Assembly (NCBI GenBank): GCA_036337435.1
Contig: JAYZEG010000026.1
Coordinates: 1 to 45,048 of the forward strand
Length of the DNA stretch: 45,048 bases
Direction: 5' to 3'
Source of the DNA: Myxococcota bacterium
GTDB taxonomy: Bacteria > Myxococcota_A > Bradymonadia > UBA7976 > UBA1532
Shown here: piece after piece, positions 23,402 through 32,572 of the stretch
How positions within the stretch are numbered: position 1 is the first letter of the stretch
Layout of the letters: each line of letters opens with the position of its first letter
Program-made: the position numbers and the translations under genes
Notes under the pieces: generated by a model
The model's input: the letters and a program-made list of their open reading frames with translations, nothing else
Database searches by the model: none
What the model was told of the DNA's origin: nothing

Positions 23402-25003
23402 ATGTCTGCCGGAGATATTGTCTTCCACCGCATACCCGATGCCCGAGCGTTTTTAGTTGCACCATCAGCCCCTAAGAAGACCCACTTTTTTGGTGGCTTT
23501 TGCGCCCTGTGCGCAGTCGAACATCGAATTGCCTGCATCCAGCACCATGCCGGTGAAATCAAGACAGCCTTGAGTCATGCTGTACCCGGTCTATTCCAAA
23601 CTGAACGCACCAGTGACATGATCACCGCAGTGCTTGTGGAGGACAGCCAAGGACAATTTGGGTTTGTTGTCAGTAATGGCTCCAAAACACTTGATGGCCC
23701 TATGGCCCCTCCCATCCAGGTTGGCCATGGGTTTATCCAGAAAACACGCGGGCTTCTGACGGGACTTGATAATACATCTGCAGCCTTGGAAACACTCGGG
23801 ACAACTCGACTTGCCCTTGAAGCCAGGCTCAAGCAGCAACGACTCGACCATGAGCGAAGCCGAAAGAGAGCCCGTCTCCACTACCAAGCGCAGAAGCACG
23901 AGCGCACCATGATAAGAAACGCCGTGGCTGAGTCATCCGAACCCAACAGTCTGAGTCCCGCTGAACTGGATCGATGGAGCATGGAAGAGGCGGATAGATT
24001 CCGCGCCCTGAAAAGACGTCTTCGCGCCGAGGCGGAGCCCCTTGAAACCCGATACGAGACCATTAGAACAGAGATTGCCGAACTGAAAGCAAATCGGCGC
24101 GAACTCAGCCAAGCCTTGAAGAGCCATTTTTACTCGGCTTTCAAGTCTCCCTCCCCTCCTTCCAAGATGACGCAAATTGAACAGGTTCTACACCATGCAG
24201 CCTATTTTGGATACGTCCCCCACGGCATTGCGCAGTTCTGCGTGTCACCAAGGGCACATCCGTTCGAGGGCCCCCTGGAGGAAGAGCTGATGCCTGACCA
24301 ACAAACAGAATTACTGTGCGGTCTATCCTTTAAGCGCAGGCGAATTGAGCCGTTTCAAACCGCGCCACCTCCACTGACGGTTATTTTCGAGGACAACTAT
24401 CTCGTCGTCATAAACAAACCGTCCGGGCTGCTCAGTGCATCCGGACGACATTGGACGACGGCTGACAATGCTCAGTTCCGACTGTCTGCGCAACTCGGAT
24501 GCGAGATGCCTGTTATGCTTGTTCATCGCCTCGACCAGGACACGTCGGGCTTAATGGTTTTTGCAAAAGAACCGAAAACGCATCGCTTACTCAGTGCCGC
24601 CTTCATGGAGCGCAAAGTTGAAAAAAACTACATCGCCGTCGTGGATGGGACGCCCACAGAAACCACAGGTGTCATCGATCTGCCGCTGGCCACCAATCGG
24701 GCGGGCCGTCCTCGACAGGTCGTTGACCTTGTCAGCGGCAAGCCCTCACGAACCGAATATCAAGTGATGGGCCAAACCCGTCAGGGCACTGCTCTGAATC
24801 TAGTGCCGATTACTGGGAGAACACATCAGCTCCGAGTTCATTGCGCCCATCCAACTGGCTTAAGCTGCCCAATCATTGGTGATGACCTTTACGGGATCTC
24901 CCCCCCGAGCACCCGTCTGCTACTCCATGCCAATCGAATTAAATTTAACCATCCGATCACACAAAATACCGTAGAACTTGAAGCGCATCCAACCTTCGTC
25001 TAA
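23402..25003 (+). CDS. RluA-family RNA pseudouridine synthase with N-terminal coiled-coil extension
   Basis: VINKPSGLLS, VHRLDQDTSG (catalytic Asp), PITGRTHQLRVH, PIIGDDLYG, LLLHA. ATG 23402 chosen because the track start at 23063 overlaps the upstream gene. Confidence 0.9.
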   Translation: MSAGDIVFHRIPDARAFLVAPSAPKKTHFFGGFCALCAVEHRIACIQHHAGEIKTALSHAVPGLFQTERTSDMITAVLVEDSQGQFGFVVSNGSKTLDGPMAPPIQVGHGFIQKTRGLLTGLDNTSAALETLGTTRLALEARLKQQRLDHERSRKRARLHYQAQKHERTMIRNAVAESSEPNSLSPAELDRWSMEEADRFRALKRRLRAEAEPLETRYETIRTEIAELKANRRELSQALKSHFYSAFKSPSPPSKMTQIEQVLHHAAYFGYVPHGIAQFCVSPRAHPFEGPLEEELMPDQQTELLCGLSFKRRRIEPFQTAPPPLTVIFEDNYLVVINKPSGLLSASGRHWTTADNAQFRLSAQLGCEMPVMLVHRLDQDTSGLMVFAKEPKTHRLLSAAFMERKVEKNYIAVVDGTPTETTGVIDLPLATNRAGRPRQVVDLVSGKPSRTEYQVMGQTRQGTALNLVPITGRTHQLRVHCAHPTGLSCPIIGDDLYGISPPSTRLLLHANRIKFNHPITQNTVELEAHPTFV

Positions 25004-25084
25004 ATATAGTCACATACAAAACACCACAGCCCTCATCACGTGGGGATTCACAATGGCTCTTCGGGTCATTAAGGGAGGACAGAG

Positions 25085-26347
25085 ATGGGAACCGATTTAT
25101 ACAGAGCCGTACCCCTGGTTTTCGCGCTGCTATGGACACTAGGATGTGACTCAGACACGTCGTCCAGTAATCAAAATCAGACGGACCAGGCCGTTGCCGA
25201 TGCAGACATATCGACAGACTCCGGAGCTATGGACGCCGCCGGTGGCGCAGGTGGCGCTGGAGCCGAAGGCGGTGCCGGTGGGGCTGGCGCCGAAGGCGGT
25301 GCTGGCGGCGCTGGAGCCGAGGGCGGTGCTGGCGGCGCTGGAGCCGAAGGGGGTACGGGCGGTGCTGGAGCTGAAGGCGGTGCTGGCGGTGTAGGTGGTG
25401 TAGGTGGTGCAGGTGGGGCTGGCGGTGCCGGCGGTGCTGGAGGTGATGGCGGTGCTGGCGGTGCTGGCGGTGCAGGTGGTGCCGGCGGCGCTGGTGGTCA
25501 AGAGCCCTGTGTGTGTGATGAGCCTGTCATTCAGGTTTGCGGGGAAGACGGCAACACCTATAACAATGCATGCGAAGCACGATGTGCAGGAACCGCCCCT
25601 GCTTCTGCTGGCCCCTGTGACCCAAATGCCTGCCAGGTCGCAGCGGATTGTGGGGATGCTGGACCGAATTGCGACTATCGGTGCCTCGAAGGGCGTTGCT
25701 CCCCTATTTGTGGTGCCGCGTGCATGAACGAACTCGAATGTGCACCTGGACAAGATTGTATCGAAGGTCGGTGCTCGGGTGCGGCAGATTGCCCAGACCC
25801 CAACATGGCGGGCGTTCGGGTGTTCGGTCGAACCATCGAGGAGTGTGAACGACTCGTCGAAGCAAATGCCATCGTTTGTGAGGACGGCGAAGAATTTTAC
25901 AATGACCCTTGCGGCTGTGGCTGCATCGGTGACGGTGGTGCGCCGATGATGTGCGACTGCCCAGACGTCAACGACCCCGTTTGCGGTCTAAATGGCGTAC
26001 AGTATCAAAACATGTGTGAAGCAAACTGCGTCGGCGTGGATGCAAATCCAGGTGTATGCAACGCATGCGAGGAGCCCGAATGCATGAATGAATGTCCTGC
26101 AAATTCAGTGTTTGCAAGAAACGATCGTGGCTGCGAGGTCTGTGACTGCTGCGAAGTCCCTGTCTGTAATAACGTATGCGACCTCGGAACTCGGCGCAAT
26201 GAGCTTGGCTGCCCCTCATGTGAGTGCTGCCCGAGCTTGGACGCGTGTGATTTAGATTGCGCGGCTGGTTTTGTCACCGATGCAACTGGCTGCGCAATTT
26301 GCGAATGCAGTGACGAGGAAGTCATTATCCGCGAACGCGAGAACTAG
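25085..26347 (+). CDS. Lipoprotein with Gly/Ala linker, two Kazal-type domains and three antistasin-like modules
   Basis: GGAGG RBS; lipobox TLGC-D; Kazal motifs CVCDEPVIQVCGEDGNTYNNACEARC and CDCPDVNDPVCGLNGVQYQNMCEANC; three C-terminal antistasin-like modules ending GC-x2-C-x-C. Confidence 0.8.
   Translation: MGTDLYRAVPLVFALLWTLGCDSDTSSSNQNQTDQAVADADISTDSGAMDAAGGAGGAGAEGGAGGAGAEGGAGGAGAEGGAGGAGAEGGTGGAGAEGGAGGVGGVGGAGGAGGAGGAGGDGGAGGAGGAGGAGGAGGQEPCVCDEPVIQVCGEDGNTYNNACEARCAGTAPASAGPCDPNACQVAADCGDAGPNCDYRCLEGRCSPICGAACMNELECAPGQDCIEGRCSGAADCPDPNMAGVRVFGRTIEECERLVEANAIVCEDGEEFYNDPCGCGCIGDGGAPMMCDCPDVNDPVCGLNGVQYQNMCEANCVGVDANPGVCNACEEPECMNECPANSVFARNDRGCEVCDCCEVPVCNNVCDLGTRRNELGCPSCECCPSLDACDLDCAAGFVTDATGCAICECSDEEVIIREREN
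25241..25498 (+). repeat. Gly/Ala-rich coding repeat: (GG[AT]GGAGAE)5 followed by GGX triplets
   Basis: Five degenerate 27-bp units (e.g. ggcggtgctggcggcgctggagccgaa) followed by 9-bp GGX units. Confidence 0.9.
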
Positions 26348-26481
26348 AGGGCCAGTCACCTCTGCGTTAACCAAATGATTGCTGAGTGTGACCGAAGCAT
26401 GCTCGGCAACATCAGTTTCACGATAGCTGGACAGGTCATTCCACGGGTTGGCTCTCCAAATACTCGTCACGAGGCAATGCT

Positions 26482-28251
26482 GTGCGCCAACTGCTCCGAT
26501 TCTGGAAGGAATACCCACATCGTTACCGCAAGTGGTACGCGCTCGGGCTCGTCTGTTTAATTCTGACCAATATACTCACGGTGGCCATTCCAACGTTTAT
26601 CCAGTACGCCATCGATGGAATTGCATCGCCCTCACCAAACGAGATGTCACCGGTACAGTGGTCTATGGTGATTTTCTTGGCCGGTTTTTGCATCATCATC
26701 GTAAGAACCCTGAGCCGTACCCTATTTTTTAATCCGGGACGGGTTGTCGAATTTCGCGTCAAATCGGACATTTTCTCCAAGTTACTCAAGCAACCAAGAG
26801 CATACTTTGACGCCACTCAAACCGGCGACCTGATCAGTCGTGGAACCAATGATGCCAATGCGATGAGGGCATTGATTGGGTTCGGGAGCCTCCAATTATT
26901 TAACGTAACTTTCATCGTGGTGCTGACAACGGTCAGAATGCTGCAGCTCAGTGCGCCCCTCGCTTTGTATTGCGTGATCCCACTTTTCTTGGGCGCACTG
27001 GTCATGCGTTGGGCTGTCATCAAACTGTGGGCATACCAAGCTGCGCTGCTGGCGCAATTGAGCGTGCTGAGCGAGCGTATCTTGGAATCTTATGCCGGTG
27101 TCAGTCTAATCCAGGCGTACAATGCAAACCAAGGGGCTCAAAATCGGTTCCAACAGGAGAACCAAGCCCTTCTCGACATCAGCGAAAAAATGCTCGCCAT
27201 CAGAACATGGCTGTTACCGGTCGTTGGGATCGCTGGCCAGATTTGTGTTGTCGTGGTCCTTTTTTTCGGTGGTCAAAGTGTCATCAAGGGCCAACTATCG
27301 GTCGGAGAGCTCACAGCATTCCTGACCTATATTACGGTGCTGTCGGGCGGTCTCCGCTCTCTCGGATTCTTGATCGGTGCCTTTCAACGTGGACAAGTTG
27401 CTCTCGGTCGCATCTATGAACTCCTGGATACGCCAATCAACCGCCCGTCGGGTTCAGATTCGCCACCACAGCCAAGTGAGCAAGGTCACTCTCTGAGCGT
27501 AACAGAGCTGACGTTTGCATACCCGGATTCTGAGAAACCGGCACTCAAAGATATCTCTTTTGAGCTGAAGCCCGGTCAGACGCTCGGAATTTTTGGGCCC
27601 ACAGGCTCTGGCAAGAGTACACTTCTCAAAGTGCTGTCTCGTGTCTATGATCCCGCGCCGCACCAGGTTTACCTGTCTGATGTTGATGTCACTGAACTGT
27701 CCGTCGAGTCCTATTGGAATGCCGTCGCCCTCGTCCCACAGGAGCCCTTTTTGTTCTCACGTACTCTGAGACAAAATATCGCGTTAGCAACGGACGGTGT
27801 GTCCGTTCATGAGGACCGTTTAACCGCGGCGCTGAGGGACGCTGCGCTGACCAAAGAAGTGGCGGCCTTTCCTGATGGGCTGGATACCATCGTTGGTGAG
27901 AGAGGTGTGACCGTGTCAGGTGGCCAGCGTCAGCGGACTGCCCTTGCACGGGCCTTCTATAGGCCGTTTGAGTTAATCATCCTCGATGATGTAATGAGTG
28001 CGGTCGATCATGCGACAGAAAGCTTGCTTATCGATGCAGTCTATCGACGCACCCAAGGTCAGACGGCCATACTGGTGTCTCACCGCCTCTCCGTATTGGC
28101 TCATGCGGACCATATTATCGTTCTCGACGATGGTGCGATTATCGACCGCGGAACCCATGCAGAGCTTTGCGCCCGGGATGGTGTCTATCGGCGCGCTTGG
28201 CGTCTCCAAAGTCAGGCTGATGCGGGTGTACGGGAGTTGCACGTTGGTTAA
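26482..28251 (+). CDS. ABC exporter fused permease/ATPase, subunit with degenerate Walker B
   Basis: TM domain plus GPTGSGKS, VSGGQRQR, IILDD (catalytic Glu replaced by Asp), SHRL. GTG start after GAGG. Confidence 0.9.
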   Translation: MRQLLRFWKEYPHRYRKWYALGLVCLILTNILTVAIPTFIQYAIDGIASPSPNEMSPVQWSMVIFLAGFCIIIVRTLSRTLFFNPGRVVEFRVKSDIFSKLLKQPRAYFDATQTGDLISRGTNDANAMRALIGFGSLQLFNVTFIVVLTTVRMLQLSAPLALYCVIPLFLGALVMRWAVIKLWAYQAALLAQLSVLSERILESYAGVSLIQAYNANQGAQNRFQQENQALLDISEKMLAIRTWLLPVVGIAGQICVVVVLFFGGQSVIKGQLSVGELTAFLTYITVLSGGLRSLGFLIGAFQRGQVALGRIYELLDTPINRPSGSDSPPQPSEQGHSLSVTELTFAYPDSEKPALKDISFELKPGQTLGIFGPTGSGKSTLLKVLSRVYDPAPHQVYLSDVDVTELSVESYWNAVALVPQEPFLFSRTLRQNIALATDGVSVHEDRLTAALRDAALTKEVAAFPDGLDTIVGERGVTVSGGQRQRTALARAFYRPFELIILDDVMSAVDHATESLLIDAVYRRTQGQTAILVSHRLSVLAHADHIIVLDDGAIIDRGTHAELCARDGVYRRAWRLQSQADAGVRELHVG

Positions 28252-29992
28252 GCAGGAAAAAAGCGACTGGCAACTCATCAGCCGGTTGTGGGCGCACATC
28301 GTCGACCGCCGGCGGGTGGTGCTCACAACACTCATATTCATCCCACTGGGCACTCTCGCTGAGCTCGGACAACCGCTCCTGCTCAAGTATGCGATCGATG
28401 ACGGCATCACCAAGAATGACCTCTCGATTCTACCCTTAGCCGCGAGCATTTTCGTCGGACTTGTTCTGACCGGTTTCGTGTCCAAAACATTTGGCATGTA
28501 TACGCTTCAAAAGGCAGGTCTAAAAACGATAGCTGGGCTCCGCTCGACCATCTTCAAGCACGTCATGGGCCAAGGCCAGGGTTTCTTCGACAAACGAACA
28601 ACGGGTTCCATCATGACTCGAACAATCAATGATGTTGAAGCAATTTATGAAAGCTTAGCATGGGGTGCTGTCGGTCTGATCGCCGACGCTCTGATGATCG
28701 TCGGAACGTTCGTGGTCATGCTCACTCTTGACTGGAAGCTATCGTTGGTCTCCTTTGCCCTCTCCCCTGTCATCGTCTTGGTCGTCAATCTCTTTAGGAA
28801 GCGCCTGAGAGTTTTCTATACGCGGATCCGGAAAGCCCTGAGCAGTCTCAACGGGTACTTCGCCGAACAGATTCACGGCATGCAAGTCGTCCAAATGAAT
28901 GGCGCGCAGGAACGTGCTCTCAAGGACTTTAGAAGTCAAGCACATGACTACTTGGACACCTACAGGAAAGCCAATTGGTGGGATGCTGGACTCTACGCCA
29001 TCATGGACGGGATGAGCGCACTCGCAGTCGGGATCATGTTAGCATACGGTGCATATGCCATCGGGCTGGAGATGACAGGGGTCACCCTCGGGCTTTTAGT
29101 CGCGTTCATCGATTATTTGACGAAGGTGTTTGTTCCCATCAGAGAACTCTCTGGACGTATGGCAATGATCCAACGTTCGGCGGCGGCACTCGAACGGGTA
29201 TTCGGGCTTCTGGATACGGATACGACAACCGTAGATGGGCCGAAACGCTTGAGAAGAGGATCCGGACTCATTTCATTCAAAGACGTCGATTTCTCCTATA
29301 GTCCAAACGGCCCTCAGGTACTCAAAAAAATTCAATTCGAGGTCAAACCAGGCGAAGTAGTTGCCATCGTTGGTGCAACCGGCTCGGGTAAAACAACCAT
29401 AAGCAAATTGCTGTTGCGCCAGTACGATGGCTACGCGGGTGAGGTCTGCCTAGATGGAATCGAGCTCAGAAACTTGGCAAAGCGTGATGTTAGAGCGAGT
29501 ATTGCCGTTGTGCAGCAAGACCCGTTTCTCTTCCAGGGCAGTGTCGCCGAAAACGTAAAACTGTGGAACCCGGATGTGACCTTGGAGGCTGTCCGAACCG
29601 CGGCAGAACAAGCCCATGCGGCACGCTTCATCAACGGACTACCCGGTGCCTACGATTTCCAAGTGAGTGACCGTGGGGGCAATCTATCGGCGGGCCAGCG
29701 CCAGCTCGTCAGCATTGCCCGTGCATTTGCTTTGAACGCGCCAGTTGTTATCTTAGATGAGGCAACGTCAAGCGTTGACTCGGTCACAGAGCAGCTGATT
29801 GACGGGGCGATTGATCGATTGTTCGAAGACCGAACCGTGTTGGTCATCGCCCACCGGCTGTCGACGATAGCGAAGGCAGATCGAATTCTTGTGCTAGACA
29901 AAGGCGAGATCGTGCAATCAGGCTCTCATCAAATATTGGCCAAGCAGCCCGGACGATATCGCCACTTGGTGGAAACGGGCTTTTCGGTTTGA
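28244..29992 (+). CDS. ABC exporter fused permease/ATPase, partner subunit (MdlAB/TmrAB-like heterodimer)
   Basis: GATGSGKT, LSAGQRQ, VILDEATSSVD, AHRL. TTG 28244 after GGGAG overlaps the previous stop; the track start at 27998 is too far upstream. Confidence 0.9.
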   Translation: MVKQEKSDWQLISRLWAHIVDRRRVVLTTLIFIPLGTLAELGQPLLLKYAIDDGITKNDLSILPLAASIFVGLVLTGFVSKTFGMYTLQKAGLKTIAGLRSTIFKHVMGQGQGFFDKRTTGSIMTRTINDVEAIYESLAWGAVGLIADALMIVGTFVVMLTLDWKLSLVSFALSPVIVLVVNLFRKRLRVFYTRIRKALSSLNGYFAEQIHGMQVVQMNGAQERALKDFRSQAHDYLDTYRKANWWDAGLYAIMDGMSALAVGIMLAYGAYAIGLEMTGVTLGLLVAFIDYLTKVFVPIRELSGRMAMIQRSAAALERVFGLLDTDTTTVDGPKRLRRGSGLISFKDVDFSYSPNGPQVLKKIQFEVKPGEVVAIVGATGSGKTTISKLLLRQYDGYAGEVCLDGIELRNLAKRDVRASIAVVQQDPFLFQGSVAENVKLWNPDVTLEAVRTAAEQAHAARFINGLPGAYDFQVSDRGGNLSAGQRQLVSIARAFALNAPVVILDEATSSVDSVTEQLIDGAIDRLFEDRTVLVIAHRLSTIAKADRILVLDKGEIVQSGSHQILAKQPGRYRHLVETGFSV

Positions 29993-32154
29993 CAATAATT
30001 TGCAGAGACCTGCGCGCTGTGTGGCTGGCTATCACACTCTGTGTGGTCGGCTCAATCACACTTGGATGTAGTCAGAGGCAAAACAGTCCCAAACCACCAC
30101 AGCCGCCTCCAGCCGCTACGTCGGTCAACGCTGACACGCCGGATACGATTACCATGGCTGACTGTGAAGACTGCCATCCGTCACAAACGGATGCGTTTAA
30201 GGCAACAGGCATGGGCCGCTCTCTCTATAAGCCCAATGATCAACCGGTCATCGAAAACTTTGACGTGTCAGCTGCAACAGTTACTCATCCACAGATGGCT
30301 GCAACCTACCGCGCCTACCGCGATTCGCAAAACCGTTGGTGGCAGGAAGAGCGGGTCTCCGATGAAGTTGTTCAGAAGGTAGAGGTTCAATACATTATTG
30401 GGTCAGGAAATCATTCGCGCTCTTACCTCGGCATTATCAACAACGAATTAATACAGCTGCCACTCACTTGGTATAGCCAGGCTAAAAAATGGGACCTCAG
30501 CCCGGGATACGAAGGGGCTGGGCATATGCGATTTCTACGACCTATTGGCCCCGAATGTCTGTTTTGTCATAATAATCTAACGCCGCATGTCGACGGAACT
30601 AAGGCAACCTACCGTTGGCCACTCGCAGAAGGCATCGGTTGTGACCGATGCCATGGCGACGGGTCTCTCCATGTCTCGAAACGGCGTGCCGGGGATACGG
30701 TTCCAGCGGGACACTCAGACCCGACCATCATCAACCCTAAGCATCTGCCCCCCAAAAAAGCCTTCGAGATTTGCCAGCAATGCCATTTGCAAGGACATGT
30801 ACGTCTTCTGCTGCCCGACCAGCGGTGGGATGTGTATGACATCAAAGATGACCTGGCGAGCCATCACGCCGTATACGGCCTACCCACGAAACAGCATTCA
30901 GTTGAAATTGCCAGCCACGCGGAACGACTTCTCGAGAGCAAATGCTTCAAATTGGGTAAGAAGAGCCTGCAATGCACTGATTGCCACCAGCCGCATCAAC
31001 ATCAGGTCAAACCAATCCAAAATGTATGCAACGACTGCCACCAAGACAAAGGGTGTACCGACCCCGCGGGTCTCAAAGCAAACAGTCCCTGCGCTGACTG
31101 TCATATGCCCAATGTCAGAGTAAGCGATGCACCGCACATGAAATTTACCGACCACAAAATTCAGCGGACTCGTCTTCGTTCGCAAAGGATAACCAACGGC
31201 GCTTACCGACCACTCAAAGCCCTGTTGCAACCGACAGGGACCGGTCTACAAGTGGAAACCTATCGCGCTTTGGCCGATACACTCGCGAGCGTGAGGGGCG
31301 ACAAATACATCAAACGTCTCGGCCCAGCCATGAAAGCATTGATCCCCTATTTGTCCCATACCACTTGGTATAAAGCGTGGTCCATTTACGGTCGGGCACT
31401 GCTGGTTTCCGGCCGAAGCATCGAAGCTGTGAGTGCATTTGATAAAGCAAGCACGTTGGCACCAGACGTAATCAGCTTTAGGAGCATGCACATTCAAGCC
31501 CTCTTGAATGCAAAGAACCATACACGCGCGCAGCAACTCGCCGCGGATTTTGTGGTCGCGCAACCCGATAATGGATTTGCCCATGGACTTTTGGCGATGA
31601 GTCTACAACGCCTCGGCAGACACAAGGACGCGCATCGTAGCTATGGGGCGGCAGTCAGCCTGCTCCCCAACGATTCAAGTCTTCATTTTAACTGGGGCAT
31701 GAACTCTCTCGACGCCGGTGACCCAAAAGCAGCGTCTGAACACTGGGCCCGTGCAATCGAGGTCGATCCCCTCAATGTCGATGCCCACATTGAAATGATT
31801 ACCTATTACCGCGCAAATGGGATGTCTACTGAAGCCAACAATCAGGCAGTGCGAGCCTACAGAGCAAACCCGCGCAATGGTAGAGTCCTACTCGAGATCG
31901 CACGTGAATCGCGGACTCATGAGGCTTTTTCACAAGTTTTTGAAAGATACAACGCGGCCATTCTTGCTGACCCTAAGCAGGTGGCAGCCTATCTCGAGCT
32001 CTCGAGCCATGCTGCTGCGAACAATGAACCATTGATCGCCCGGGACGCCCTGTTTCGCGGACAGAACGCAGTTCCAAGTTATCCTCACTGGGTCCGTCTT
32101 CAAGCCGACCTTAAGAAGACAACCGAAGACGTCGAAAATCGTCAGGCGCGCTGA
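29989..32154 (+). CDS. Multiheme c-type cytochrome (7 CxxCH) fused to C-terminal TPR repeats, probable lipoprotein
   Basis: CEDCH, CLFCH, CDRCH, CQQCH, CTDCH, CNDCH, CADCH; YIIGSG and WDLSPGY motifs; TLGC lipobox; TPR helices in the last ~270 aa. Confidence 0.85.
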   Translation: MTIICRDLRAVWLAITLCVVGSITLGCSQRQNSPKPPQPPPAATSVNADTPDTITMADCEDCHPSQTDAFKATGMGRSLYKPNDQPVIENFDVSAATVTHPQMAATYRAYRDSQNRWWQEERVSDEVVQKVEVQYIIGSGNHSRSYLGIINNELIQLPLTWYSQAKKWDLSPGYEGAGHMRFLRPIGPECLFCHNNLTPHVDGTKATYRWPLAEGIGCDRCHGDGSLHVSKRRAGDTVPAGHSDPTIINPKHLPPKKAFEICQQCHLQGHVRLLLPDQRWDVYDIKDDLASHHAVYGLPTKQHSVEIASHAERLLESKCFKLGKKSLQCTDCHQPHQHQVKPIQNVCNDCHQDKGCTDPAGLKANSPCADCHMPNVRVSDAPHMKFTDHKIQRTRLRSQRITNGAYRPLKALLQPTGTGLQVETYRALADTLASVRGDKYIKRLGPAMKALIPYLSHTTWYKAWSIYGRALLVSGRSIEAVSAFDKASTLAPDVISFRSMHIQALLNAKNHTRAQQLAADFVVAQPDNGFAHGLLAMSLQRLGRHKDAHRSYGAAVSLLPNDSSLHFNWGMNSLDAGDPKAASEHWARAIEVDPLNVDAHIEMITYYRANGMSTEANNQAVRAYRANPRNGRVLLEIARESRTHEAFSQVFERYNAAILADPKQVAAYLELSSHAAANNEPLIARDALFRGQNAVPSYPHWVRLQADLKKTTEDVENRQAR

Positions 32155-32558
32155 TTGATATTGTAGACGCCGCGACCCTCGGCGACCTTAACCTCATCGG
32201 CTCCTTGCGTCACCGACATGCTCACCACCACAACCCGATTTCCGGTCCTGATGACATCCGCGACACACAACAGGTCTTCGAGTCCGGCTGGCTGAAGGTA
32301 GTCTATCCGGAGATCAATGGTCGACACCGCTGTTCCTGATTTTAGGGTTGTCCATGCAGCCAAACCACCTGCCGAATCCGCTAAGGCCGAGATAACCCCG
32401 CCGTGAATGGCGGGCCTACTCGAATCGCCAATCAAGCGATCATGGTACGGGATGCGCAGCGTCGCTCGTCCCTGGGCCGTCGACACCACCTTAAGACCCA
32501 ACAATTGATTGAAAGGCACCGACTTCTCAAAAAACGCTTCTAGATGCTTAAAGGACAT
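32142..32558 (-). CDS. PaaI-family hotdog-fold thioesterase
   Basis: PFNQLLG, IHGGVISALAD, STIDLRIDYLQPA. Confidence 0.88.
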   Translation of the reverse strand: MSFKHLEAFFEKSVPFNQLLGLKVVSTAQGRATLRIPYHDRLIGDSSRPAIHGGVISALADSAGGLAAWTTLKSGTAVSTIDLRIDYLQPAGLEDLLCVADVIRTGNRVVVVSMSVTQGADEVKVAEGRGVYNINQRA

Positions 32559-32572
32559 CTCCGCAAGGCTCC

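Noticed and set aside
25052..25070. Small hairpin with a TTCG loop upstream of the Kazal gene RBS
   Set aside because: The stem is weak (G-U pairs or a bulge) with no U-tract; not supportable as a terminator or riboregulator.
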